A stretch of 64,000 nucleotides of DNA from Candidatus Nanopelagicales bacterium (GTDB lineage: Bacteria; Actinomycetota; Actinomycetes; S36-B12). The stretch is taken from the NCBI GenBank assembly GCA_028825115.1, contig JAPKAV010000002.1, positions 37,189-101,188 of the forward strand, given 5' to 3'. Below are positions 45,094-53,666 of this stretch, piece by piece. The notes beneath the pieces are model-generated. The model worked only from the letters and a program-made list of their open reading frames with translations. It did not search any database and was not told the origin of the DNA. Numbering within the stretch: the first letter of the stretch is position 1; each line of letters begins with the position of its first letter. A program made the position numbers and the translations under genes.

Positions 45094-45588
45094 ATGAAGT
45101 GTGCCGTGTGCGATCAGGACGTGTTAGCCACTGATCGATTTTGTTCGGCATGTGGAGCACCGGTTGATATCAATTTGGGCGGGATCGGGATCGAACACAC
45201 GGGAGCCATCACGTCAATAGTGTCCACGGGCACAGGTCCGGTGCCCGTAGGTTTGGGGGTACATAAAGACTTACCCAGCGGCGCAGCCATGTTGGTTGTG
45301 CACCGGGGGCCAGGTGAAGGAACCGAGTACGCCCTTCCGAAAAGCAGCGACGTGATTGTTGTCGGACGCGCTGAAGAGTCTGAGGTTTTTCTTGACGATG
45401 TCACGGTGAGTCGTAGACATGCGGAATTGCGTCATGGAGCGCAGGGTTGGAGCATGCGTGACCTAGGAAGCCTTAATGGCAGTTACGTGAATCGAGTGCG
45501 AGTTGATGATCAACAACTTCGCGGTGGAGACGAAGTTCAGATCGGAAAATTTCGCTTTATCTTTTTGGTAGGCGTCGGGGACATATGA
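45094..45588 (+). CDS. FHA domain protein at the GarA/OdhI locus, with N-terminal zinc ribbon
   Basis: The C-terminal FHA domain closely matches GarA (LVVHRGP..G......VGR....IFLDDVTVSRRHAE......DLGSLNGSYVN...V....L..GDEVQIGKFR..FL). The N-terminus has C-x2-C-x10-C-x2-C. ATG 45094 is chosen because the listed ORF from 44980 overlaps gcvH. Confidence 0.85.
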   Translation: MKCAVCDQDVLATDRFCSACGAPVDINLGGIGIEHTGAITSIVSTGTGPVPVGLGVHKDLPSGAAMLVVHRGPGEGTEYALPKSSDVIVVGRAEESEVFLDDVTVSRRHAELRHGAQGWSMRDLGSLNGSYVNRVRVDDQQLRGGDEVQIGKFRFIFLVGVGDI

Positions 45589-46283
45589 CCTCGCAGGCTG
45601 AAAACACATTAAGCATCGGTGAAGTACTTAGCATGCTGAAAAAGGATTTCTCCGACGTCTCCATTAGCAAAATTCGTTTCCTAGAAACAGAAGGTCTCAT
45701 CACTCCATCTCGGACCACGTCAGGCTATCGCCGTTTCGACACTCACGACGTTACGAGATTACGGTCAATCCTCACTTTGCAGCGAGATCAATACCTGCCG
45801 CTTAAAGTGATAAGGGACCAGCTTGACACTGATCAGGCACAAGCTGGGCTTTCCGCTCCTGTCGCGACCGGACTTGGGGTGCGCCCCGACGATTTTCGTG
45901 CGGGCGCTGGCAAGATCAGACTGACTCGACTGGAACTGGCCGAAGAAACTTCATTGTCGGAAACTCTGATTGCCGCTCTGGAGAAAGACGGCTTGGTGTG
46001 GACGAGTGCGGCGGGACATTACGACGAGGATGCAGTTCAGATTTGTATGATTGCAGCTAAGCTTTCTGAGTTCGGGGTAGAGGCACGACACCTGCGCTCA
46101 TTCAGGGTTGTTGCCAATCGGGAGTCCGGTCTGGTTGAACAAATCGCGACTCCTTACTCCCACCCGCGCGACCATGATGGTAAAGCTCGCGCACAGCAAA
46201 CTGTCCGGGAATTGGCTTCCCTGTTTGTGCAATTGCATGCCGCTTTGCTGCGGGCCGAGTTGATTAGGTCTGGGAGTGGCTGA
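45585..46283 (+). CDS. MerR family transcriptional regulator (FtsR-like position)
   Basis: 232 aa with a MerR HTH (LSIGEVLSMLKKDFSDVSISKIRFLETEGLITPSRTTSGYRRF). ATGA overlap with the FHA gene. The gcvH-garA-merR-DUF151-merR order is conserved. Confidence 0.85.
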   Translation: MTSQAENTLSIGEVLSMLKKDFSDVSISKIRFLETEGLITPSRTTSGYRRFDTHDVTRLRSILTLQRDQYLPLKVIRDQLDTDQAQAGLSAPVATGLGVRPDDFRAGAGKIRLTRLELAEETSLSETLIAALEKDGLVWTSAAGHYDEDAVQICMIAAKLSEFGVEARHLRSFRVVANRESGLVEQIATPYSHPRDHDGKARAQQTVRELASLFVQLHAALLRAELIRSGSG

Positions 46284-46305
46284 AAACACGTCGAGGGTTT
46301 AGTCT

Positions 46306-46806
46306 ATGACTATGATTCTTGTCACTGTCGCCGGTGTTCGAATGGAAATGCCGTCTAATACGCCAATTGTGTTACTGAACGAGACTCAAGGGAGCCGTTA
46401 CTTACCGATTTGGATTGGGGCAGTGGAGGCGACCGCTATCGCGTACGCCCAGCAAGGGGTTACCCCTCCGCGGCCCATGACTCACGATCTGATTATTGAA
46501 TTACTCGAGGAACTTGGTGCCGAACTCACAGGGGTCCGTATTACGGCACTGATAGATGGTGTTTTTTTCGCCTTCCTTGATCTGAAGACAACCGGTGGTA
46601 TTGAGCGCGAATTGAGCGCCCGGCCCTCAGACGCCATCGCACTGGCCTTACGGGTCGATGCCCCCATCACGGTGGCACCCGAGGTTTTGGAGACCGCTGG
46701 GGTTGCGATCCCAGAACAAGCGGAGGGGGAGTCACAGGACCAAGTAGAAGCATTTCGGGAATTCCTTGACGGAGTATCGCCTGAGGATTTTGACCTCCCC
46801 GAGTAG
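46306..46806 (+). CDS. bifunctional nuclease family protein (DUF151)
   Basis: 166 aa with a conserved VLL.E..G.R.LPIWIG..EA.AIA pattern and THDL. Confidence 0.82.
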   Translation: MTMILVTVAGVRMEMPSNTPIVLLNETQGSRYLPIWIGAVEATAIAYAQQGVTPPRPMTHDLIIELLEELGAELTGVRITALIDGVFFAFLDLKTTGGIERELSARPSDAIALALRVDAPITVAPEVLETAGVAIPEQAEGESQDQVEAFREFLDGVSPEDFDLPE

Positions 46807-46918
46807 CGTGCTCGACATCACCTTCAGGTTGAGACTTCGCTTGCGGCATGTCAGGCGTGTCGGATAGCATCACGCCCAGGGCTTGCGTAGGTTCGAGCCC
46901 TATTCGTAGGAGGAAATT

Positions 46919-47494
46919 GTGTCTGGCGAGAAAATTGGTGCATTTGTGAACTACCCCATTCAGCCATCTATGTTCGAGGAACTAGATGTTCCGGTAGTCC
47001 CATCTGACTTGGGGTATCGCGGGCCCACCGCCTGTTCTGCAGCCGGCATAACGTACCGTCAACTGGACTACTGGGCCCGAACCGGACTGGTTATCCCCAG
47101 TGTTAAGGGTGCGCATGGATCTGGTAGCCATCGCCTATACGGCTTTCGAGACATCCTGATCCTGCGGATCGTGAAACGGCTCATTGATACGGGCGTGTCA
47201 CTGCACAATATCCGCTTGGCAGTTGAGCATTTGAGTTCACGCGATGCCAGCGTTCTTTCAAGTTTGACCATAATGAGCGACGGAGCAAGCATCTACGAGT
47301 GCACCAGCGCTGACGAGGTTGTTGATCTGGTCCGGGGTGGGCAGGGCGTGTTTGGCATAGCTATTGGCAGCGTGTGGAAAGAAGTCGAAGGTAATTTAGC
47401 GAACCTGCCGGGGGAGACTCCCGAAACCGGACTAGTCCACATGCGAGGAATGGACGAGCTCTCCGAGCGTCGCGCGGCGCGTGTGGCCGGTTAG
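46919..47494 (+). CDS. MerR family transcriptional regulator
   Basis: 191 aa with a MerR HTH (AAGITYRQLDYWARTGLVIPS...GSGSHRLYGFRD). GTG start with AGGAGG upstream. Confidence 0.85.
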   Translation: MSGEKIGAFVNYPIQPSMFEELDVPVVPSDLGYRGPTACSAAGITYRQLDYWARTGLVIPSVKGAHGSGSHRLYGFRDILILRIVKRLIDTGVSLHNIRLAVEHLSSRDASVLSSLTIMSDGASIYECTSADEVVDLVRGGQGVFGIAIGSVWKEVEGNLANLPGETPETGLVHMRGMDELSERRAARVAG

Positions 47495-47527
47495 TCATAT
47501 ACTGACTTCACTAGCTGCTCGTTCTTT

Positions 47528-47725
47528 AGCGGGAGAGAGTGAGTTAGGGCTTAGAATTGCAAGTGGATTACGAGCCTTTACGCACCGCCGAAGGAGCAAG
47601 GCCCCACCAAACTCTCAGGCACAGGAACCGCTGGAAGAAAAGCTAATCTGAAAAGCGGCCGCAGGGCCGCACCGAAGGTGAAAGCCGCCAAGAGGCGGTG
47701 AAACTCTCAGGTAGGGGTAACCCTA
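47528..47725 (+). promoter_or_regulatory. tandem glycine riboswitch (two aptamers) in the gcvP leader
   Basis: Aptamer 1: agcGGGAGAG...GCACCGccGAAGGAGCAAg...AAACTCTCAGGCAcaGGAACcgct. Aptamer 2: CTGGAAGAaaag...GCACCGAAGGTGaAA..(gccgcc/ggcggt hairpin)..GAAACTCTCAGGTAgGGGTAAC. Both carry the ACCGAAGG and CTCTCAGG cores. It lies directly upstream of gcvP. Confidence 0.88.
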
Positions 47726-47775
47726 AGAACAGATGGGGTACTAATTAGTACGCCCGTTGACCTTTGGAGAGCCGT

Positions 47776-50631
47776 ATGAACCACTCACGTTTTGTTGATC
47801 GCCACATTGGACCGCGCACACCTGATGTGAGCCACATGCTCTCGGTCTTGGGGTACGAATCCATTGAAAGCTTCACTCAAGCGGTTGTGCCAGAGGTGAT
47901 TCGCTGGAACGAGGCACTGGATCTTCCACCAGCGCTTAGTGAGGAAGAAGTAAGTGACGCGGCGAAATCACACGCCCTTAAGAACACGGTGAACACGAGC
48001 CTGATTGGTTGCGGTTATTACAGCACTCACACTCCCGCCGTCATAAAACGCAACGTCCTGGAAAATCCTGCGTGGTACACGGCCTACACGCCGTATCAAC
48101 CGGAAATCTCCCAAGGTCGCCTTGAAGCGTTGATTAATTTTCAAACCATGATTGAGGACCTCACCGGTCTTCCGGTGGCCGGCGCGTCTCTGCTCGATGA
48201 ACCAACCGCTGTTGCCGAGGCGGTAACCCTTTCGATTCGCAAGGGTAAAAAGGGTGCTCACGCGATCTTGGTGGACGAGGACACACACCCACAGACGCTC
48301 GCGGTGCTCAACACGCGGGCCACGCCACTAGGAATAGAAATCCGCATGTGGGACGCAAGTGAGCCACTTCCGGCGGGTGAATTCGCCGGCGTGGTTGTGA
48401 GCTACCCGGGTTCCTCGGGAGAGATCAAAAACCTCTCACCAATAATTCAGGACATCAAATCAATAGGCGCGATGGCGATTGTGACAACGGACCTTCTGGC
48501 TTTGACTCTCATTGAGTCACCGGGAGCACTCGGCGCAGACATAGTCGTGGGTTCAGCCCAGCGTTTTGGTGTGCCGATGGGCTTCGGTGGACCCCACGCT
48601 GGCTTCATGTCAGTTCGGTCAGGCTTAGAACGCAGCCTGCCGGGCCGTCTGGTGGGGGTCAGTGTTGATGCCGATGGCACGCCCGCCTACCGGCTGGCAC
48701 TTCAGACCCGCGAACAACATATTCGGCGGGAGAAGGCAACCAGTAATATCTGCACTGCTCAGGTGCTTCTCGCAATTATTTCGGGGATGTATGCCGCGTA
48801 CCACGGTCCACAGGGCCTCACGGCCATTTCAGAGCGTGTCAACGAGTTGACCACGAGACTGGCAGATCATCTCAGCCGATTCGATTACGAAATTGAGTCC
48901 AAAGCGTTTTTTGACACGATCACAATTAATTCGAGCAATGCGTCAACTCATGCCAACTTACTGGAGAGTGTGGGGATCAACGTTCGTCGCACGAGTGGTG
49001 GCCAATTTGGCATTTCACTTGATGAAACCTCAACGCGAGCAACTATTGAGTCGATCGCAGCCGTACTGACCCCCGGATGTCCAATCGAGGATGTCAAGGC
49101 ACACGCACGATCAATTCCGGCCTCATCGGCCCGCACAAGCGGTTTCCTTGAGCATCCGGTGTTCAATACCTACATGTCCGAGACTGCCATGTTGCGTTAC
49201 CTGCGTAAATTGGCTGACCGAGACATTGCACTAGATCGGTCGATGATCCCATTGGGTAGTTGCACCATGAAACTCAACGCAACAGTTGAGATGGAGCCGA
49301 TCACCTGGTCAGAGTTCGCCAACATTCACCCATTTGCACCCCTTGATCAAGCTGCCGGCTACGTCGACCTGATCCGCGAGCTTGAAGGTTATCTAGTTGA
49401 AATTACCGGATACGACGCAGTGTCGCTCCAACCGAACGCGGGTAGTCAAGGTGAATTTGCTGGCCTCTTGGCGATCAAGGCGTACCTAGAAAGCACCGGG
49501 CAACCCAACCGAGATATTTGCCTGATCCCCAGCAGCGCCCACGGAACAAATGCAGCCAGCGCGGTTATGGCCGGCATGCGAGTTGTCGCAGTCTCCTGTG
49601 ACGAGAGCGGGAACGTTGATTTGCTTGACCTTAAGAATAATTTGGATAAGTACAATGACGAAGTGGCGGCACTCATGATCACCTATCCGTCAACCCATGG
49701 TGTTTTTGAAACAGCGGTAGCCGACATTTGCGAATTAGTACATGATGCTGGCGGCCAGGTGTACGTTGATGGAGCAAATCTGAATGCACTTGTGGGTGTT
49801 GCGAAGCCCGGGAAATTTGGAGCTGATGTCTCTCATTTGAATCTGCATAAGACGTTCTGTATTCCGCACGGCGGTGGTGGTCCAGGCGTTGGTCCCGTTG
49901 GTGTTCGCGCACACCTAGCTCCGTTTTTACCCTCACACCCCTTGCGCCCTGAATGTGGTCCTACCGGCATGGGCTTTTCAGATGGGGGAGTGGGCCCGGT
50001 CAGCGGCGCACCGTGGGGAAGTGCTGGAATTCTCCCCATCCCGTGGGCATACATCAGACTAATGGGCGCACAAGGATTACTTGAATCGACACAGATTGCA
50101 ATCTTAAGCGCCAACTACATCGCCAACGCACTCAATGATCATTATCCGGTGCTCTACAGCGGAGCAAATGGCCTTGTCGCTCATGAATGCATCATCGACA
50201 TTCGTCCGATAACCGCAGAGACGGGTATCACTGTTGACGATATAGCAAAGCGACTGATCGACTACGGCTTCCATGCGCCCACCATGAGTTTCCCAGTAGC
50301 GGGTACGCTCATGATCGAGCCCACGGAAAGTGAAGATCTCGCCGAATTGGATCGGTTTATTAATGCCATGATCAGTATCCGTGCAGAAGTTTCTCGGGTT
50401 GCCGGTGGCGAATGGCCGGTGTCTTCCAATCCATTGGTAAATGCACCACACACGGCGCAGTATCTGATTGATGGAGCGGAACTGCCATATTCTGGGGCTG
50501 TCGCAGCTTATCCGGCGCCAGCGGTTCGCGCTAATAAGTATTGGCCTCCGGTGCGCCGTGTAGATGGTGCCTTCGGTGACCGCAATTTGGTGTGCAGTTG
50601 CCCAAGTATTGAGGAACTCGCGCTGAATTAA
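47776..50631 (+). CDS. gcvP: glycine dehydrogenase (aminomethyl-transferring), single-chain P protein
   Basis: About 950 aa. The N-terminus is F..RHIGP and the PLP-Lys context is [22 protein letters not shown] 47776 has GGAGAG 4 nt upstream. The listed TTG 47764 is less likely. Confidence 0.96.
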   Translation: MNHSRFVDRHIGPRTPDVSHMLSVLGYESIESFTQAVVPEVIRWNEALDLPPALSEEEVSDAAKSHALKNTVNTSLIGCGYYSTHTPAVIKRNVLENPAWYTAYTPYQPEISQGRLEALINFQTMIEDLTGLPVAGASLLDEPTAVAEAVTLSIRKGKKGAHAILVDEDTHPQTLAVLNTRATPLGIEIRMWDASEPLPAGEFAGVVVSYPGSSGEIKNLSPIIQDIKSIGAMAIVTTDLLALTLIESPGALGADIVVGSAQRFGVPMGFGGPHAGFMSVRSGLERSLPGRLVGVSVDADGTPAYRLALQTREQHIRREKATSNICTAQVLLAIISGMYAAYHGPQGLTAISERVNELTTRLADHLSRFDYEIESKAFFDTITINSSNASTHANLLESVGINVRRTSGGQFGISLDETSTRATIESIAAVLTPGCPIEDVKAHARSIPASSARTSGFLEHPVFNTYMSETAMLRYLRKLADRDIALDRSMIPLGSCTMKLNATVEMEPITWSEFANIHPFAPLDQAAGYVDLIRELEGYLVEITGYDAVSLQPNAGSQGEFAGLLAIKAYLESTGQPNRDICLIPSSAHGTNAASAVMAGMRVVAVSCDESGNVDLLDLKNNLDKYNDEVAALMITYPSTHGVFETAVADICELVHDAGGQVYVDGANLNALVGVAKPGKFGADVSHLNLHKTFCIPHGGGGPGVGPVGVRAHLAPFLPSHPLRPECGPTGMGFSDGGVGPVSGAPWGSAGILPIPWAYIRLMGAQGLLESTQIAILSANYIANALNDHYPVLYSGANGLVAHECIIDIRPITAETGITVDDIAKRLIDYGFHAPTMSFPVAGTLMIEPTESEDLAELDRFINAMISIRAEVSRVAGGEWPVSSNPLVNAPHTAQYLIDGAELPYSGAVAAYPAPAVRANKYWPPVRRVDGAFGDRNLVCSCPSIEELALN

Positions 50632-50690
50632 GCGTGGATACGGTCCAACGACAATGCATCGCGGGCAACACTTGAACGCGTATACCTTCA

Positions 50691-50717
50691 GGGCATTTGT
50701 CCTCAATGCCCGTTTAT
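50691..50717 (+). terminator. candidate intrinsic terminator after gcvP
   Basis: gggcatt-tgtcctc-aatgccc (7-bp stem) followed by gtttat, 60 nt after the gcvP stop. The U-tract is short. Confidence 0.3.
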
Positions 50718-50782
50718 GGCGCCTACTCCTTATTGGGTTTGATGTCTCTGGTGGGTCCTCAGGCTCGCCACCGACGGTGCCG

Positions 50783-51589
50783 TTAATTCCGTTCTCCGAG
50801 ACCAGAATTCGACCCTGCAAATCCAATGATTCTCACAAAGTCCTTTGACGCAGGCTGAATTCTTGCGGGGACCTTTTGGGTTGCCATTGCGCGGAACTCG
50901 ATCTGCACATATTTGACATAATGTCCATTATCGGCTTGGCTTGTCTCCACAGAGGTCGCAGCACTCTTATTTTTCGTTAACAGCGGCAGAAAAAAGAATC
51001 CAATCGGCATATAGCTTGAGATCGTGGGAGAAAATAAGGAGATGACCCCAATCGACAGGAAATACGTGACGTATATCCAGCCGCGATACTTCGTACGCCC
51101 GGCGCCTTTCGCGGCTTGTTCACAGACGTAAAGTACAGGGATTCTGCGTGCGTGGCGGGCGATGAGCTTGGTGATGAGGCTAATGAGCGCCATTGATCCC
51201 CAGTAGAGCATGCCCGATCCATAAAGGTCACCCACGGCGCTGACCCACCCGCTTCGGTATCGCCGTACAGGGCTCTGGTGTCGGGAAGAAAGGCAATTAC
51301 GGCGAGCCATGACGGTGAGCCAAAAAATTATGCCGTCATAACCGCGAAGTTCATTCATCACCCGGTTGTGCGTGAGCCACAAGACCGAAACAACGAAGGA
51401 AGTGAAGAAAAAGGTGATGATCTCCCCACGGTGCTCACCTAACACTTCCCACACGGTGGTTTCGCCACGGTCAATATTTAGTCCTGCGATCGGACGAACG
51501 AGGACGGTAATCGCAACAGCCACGATCGCATCAAAAAAGTTGATTAGTCGATCAACTGACCGTCCCCCTTTGATTTCACCCGTGGCCAC
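50783..51589 (-). CDS. DUF1211/TMEM175-like membrane protein (possible K+ channel family), with an internal segment that looks frame-scrambled
   Basis: N-terminal RLINFFDAIVAVAITVLV resembles the family RLxAFSDGVFAIAITLLV helix. About 6 hydrophobic segments. GTG start. See the finding on codons 94-115. Confidence 0.7.
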   Translation of the reverse strand: MATGEIKGGRSVDRLINFFDAIVAVAITVLVRPIAGLNIDRGETTVWEVLGEHRGEIITFFFTSFVVSVLWLTHNRVMNELRGYDGIIFWLTVMARRNCLSSRHQSPVRRYRSGWVSAVGDLYGSGMLYWGSMALISLITKLIARHARRIPVLYVCEQAAKGAGRTKYRGWIYVTYFLSIGVISLFSPTISSYMPIGFFFLPLLTKNKSAATSVETSQADNGHYVKYVQIEFRAMATQKVPARIQPASKDFVRIIGFAGSNSGLGERN

Positions 51590-51625
51590 GTCCGGAGGCC
51601 AGCAGTGCCGGGTTAGGGTTTCCTC

Positions 51626-51886
51626 ATGAGCGATTCCTCCCCTGACTTTGATAAATTACTCGATCCTTCCTTGCTTGCAGACGCGCCCAAGGAGGCAACT
51701 GCACAGGAGCGAATTGCGAAGGCATCTCGGATTGCTCAAGGCAACGAAAGATTAAAACGTGAGGGTGAAATATCCGACGGGGTCGGGAAACCAAAATTCG
51801 GACGGACACGAAAAAATGCACCTTGGATTGCCATCGGGATTGTCACTGGCGTCACAATTGTCCTGCTGACCCTCGTGGCGCGCTAG
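51626..51886 (+). CDS. hypothetical small tail-anchored membrane protein
   Basis: 86 aa with a charged N-terminal region followed by a single C-terminal TM helix (PWIAIGIVTGVTIVLLTLVA). No family recognised. Confidence 0.5.
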   Translation: MSDSSPDFDKLLDPSLLADAPKEATAQERIAKASRIAQGNERLKREGEISDGVGKPKFGRTRKNAPWIAIGIVTGVTIVLLTLVAR

Positions 51887-51990
51887 TAATTGCCCATTTC
51901 TGCCCCAATCAGGGAACCTAAGTTTAGTTTCCCCCGTCTGAGAACCAACGAACCAAGTGTTGGATCGGTAAGGCGAGAAAGGGGCACATC

Positions 51991-52338
51991 ATGATTGAGA
52001 CCTCCATGCGTGGAACGCGTCTCGGGGCATCGAGCCTAGAGCGCGAAGACACGGTTCCCCCTGCTGCACGTGTCGCGGTCCGATATGTCTGTTCGCGCGG
52101 ACACGAGTCCCTCATTCCCATCTCGATCGAAGCGGAAGAGATTCCCACCGAATGGGACTGCCGCTGCGGTGGCGCGGCGACTCGACCCAATTTTGAACCT
52201 ACGCCCAAAGCACCTGTTCGCTACGTCCGATCGCACTGGGACATGTTGCTTGAACGACGCACACTCAAAGAACTTAAAGCGCTCTACGATGAACGAGTGG
52301 CGTTACTGCACGCAAGCGAGCTGCCACGCTCGGCCTAA
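51991..52338 (+). CDS. rbpA: RNA polymerase-binding protein RbpA (orthologue by sequence and synteny)
   Basis: 115 aa with RGTRLGASSLERED, CSRGHE...EWDCRCGG, and SHWDMLLERRTLKELKALYDERVALL. This closely matches Mtb/Streptomyces RbpA (THWDML.ERR). Adjacent to fxsA-ppm1, as Rv2050 is. Confidence 0.9.
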   Translation: MIETSMRGTRLGASSLEREDTVPPAARVAVRYVCSRGHESLIPISIEAEEIPTEWDCRCGGAATRPNFEPTPKAPVRYVRSHWDMLLERRTLKELKALYDERVALLHASELPRSA

Positions 52339-52368
52339 TGTTGTCGGCGCATGAAGTCATTCATTGTG

Positions 52369-52875
52369 TCAACTCTGGATACTCGGAGATCCTTCGGGGC
52401 CTCCGTTTTCCGGTTGAACCGGGGTCTCTTCCTCGAATATAACGCCCCGAATCACATCACCATCGACATAGGAAGCAAACTCACTCCCGGTGAAGCCGGC
52501 ATTGCCAAAGCCTGGCATGCGCACCATTCGAAGCCCTATCCAAGACCCGAGTGCTCGGACCACCCGATTTCCGATCGGCGGAATCAACAGGATCACACCG
52601 ATCAGGTCGGTTGCAAATCCTGGAATCATGATCAGTACACCTGAAGCACACATGAGTGCAGAGGAACGTGCAACTTGTGGTTTGTTCTCGTCGGCTGCTA
52701 CAGGGATCAGGGACGCCTTGGCGGCTGCATTTCGTATTAGTGCGGCGCCGATAGGAAACCCCGCAATGATCAGAAGAATGGCGATTGCCCACCCGCTGAT
52801 ACTGGCAACCCACCACAACAACCAAATCTCGGTCAATGGGTAACCAAATAAAAGCAGCCTTCCCCGGATCTTCAT
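52369..52875 (-). CDS. fxsA: FxsA family membrane protein
   Basis: 168 aa with N-terminal TM helices and the FxsA pattern (...LIMIPGFATDLIGVILLIPPIGNRV...). ATGA overlap with ppm1. Confidence 0.82.
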   Translation of the reverse strand: MKIRGRLLLFGYPLTEIWLLWWVASISGWAIAILLIIAGFPIGAALIRNAAAKASLIPVAADENKPQVARSSALMCASGVLIMIPGFATDLIGVILLIPPIGNRVVRALGSWIGLRMVRMPGFGNAGFTGSEFASYVDGDVIRGVIFEEETPVQPENGGPEGSPSIQS

Positions 52876-53657
52876 TTGCTGGACCCTCGACCCTTTATCA
52901 ACGATCCACTTGCTTCATTCACGCAGCGGTCGATTCCCCACATGGTTACACGCCAGAGCGCTTCGGCAACAATTTTCCGACTCATTTTACTAGTTCCCAC
53001 TTCCCGCTCGACGAAAATAATAGGAACTTCAGTAATTACTAATCCGCGTTGTGCGGCACGCCAAGCAAGATCGACCTGGAAGCAATAACCCTGTGAGGTG
53101 ACTTCGTGTAGGTTTAGGGAGCGCAGGGCCTTTGCCGTGAAGGCCCGATATCCACCTGTGGCATCTTTAATATCTATTCCGAGCATAACCCTTGTGTAAT
53201 AGTTCCCACTTTTGGACAACAACACCCGATTTTTGGACCAATTTTCAGTGCCACCCCCCTGCACCCAACGAGAGCCAAGGACAAGGTCGGAGTATTTCAA
53301 AGCCGCGAGCAATGAGGGAAGTTGCTCAGGTTGATGTGAGCCGTCCGCATCCATCTCGACGAGAACATCAAACCCTTGTTGCAAACCCCAAGCAAACCCA
53401 GCGAGGTAAGCAGCTCCCAAACCACCCTTTCCCATTCGGTGCATTACGTGAATTTGCGCGTGATCGCTGGCCCACTCGTCCGCCACTTTGCCGGTCCCGT
53501 CTGGCGAGTTGTCGTCCACAATCAGCACTTCGACGGAGGGAACGCTGCTCTGAACGCGTGCCAAGGTTTTTGGCAGGGCTTTTAGCTCGTTATAAGTGGG
53601 AATAATGACCAATATGCGTTCAGGTCCTGCAGAAACCGGATCGGGGTGCGCGCTCAC
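52872..53657 (-). CDS. ppm1: polyprenol monophosphomannose synthase (GT2)
   Basis: 261 aa with VIIPTYNE, VDDNSPDGT and MDADGSHQP motifs. It lies immediately downstream of lnt, where Mtb has the two fused. Confidence 0.9.
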   Translation of the reverse strand: MSAHPDPVSAGPERILVIIPTYNELKALPKTLARVQSSVPSVEVLIVDDNSPDGTGKVADEWASDHAQIHVMHRMGKGGLGAAYLAGFAWGLQQGFDVLVEMDADGSHQPEQLPSLLAALKYSDLVLGSRWVQGGGTENWSKNRVLLSKSGNYYTRVMLGIDIKDATGGYRAFTAKALRSLNLHEVTSQGYCFQVDLAWRAAQRGLVITEVPIIFVEREVGTSKMSRKIVAEALWRVTMWGIDRCVNEASGSLIKGRGSSK

Positions 53658-53666
53658 TGTGTGAGC

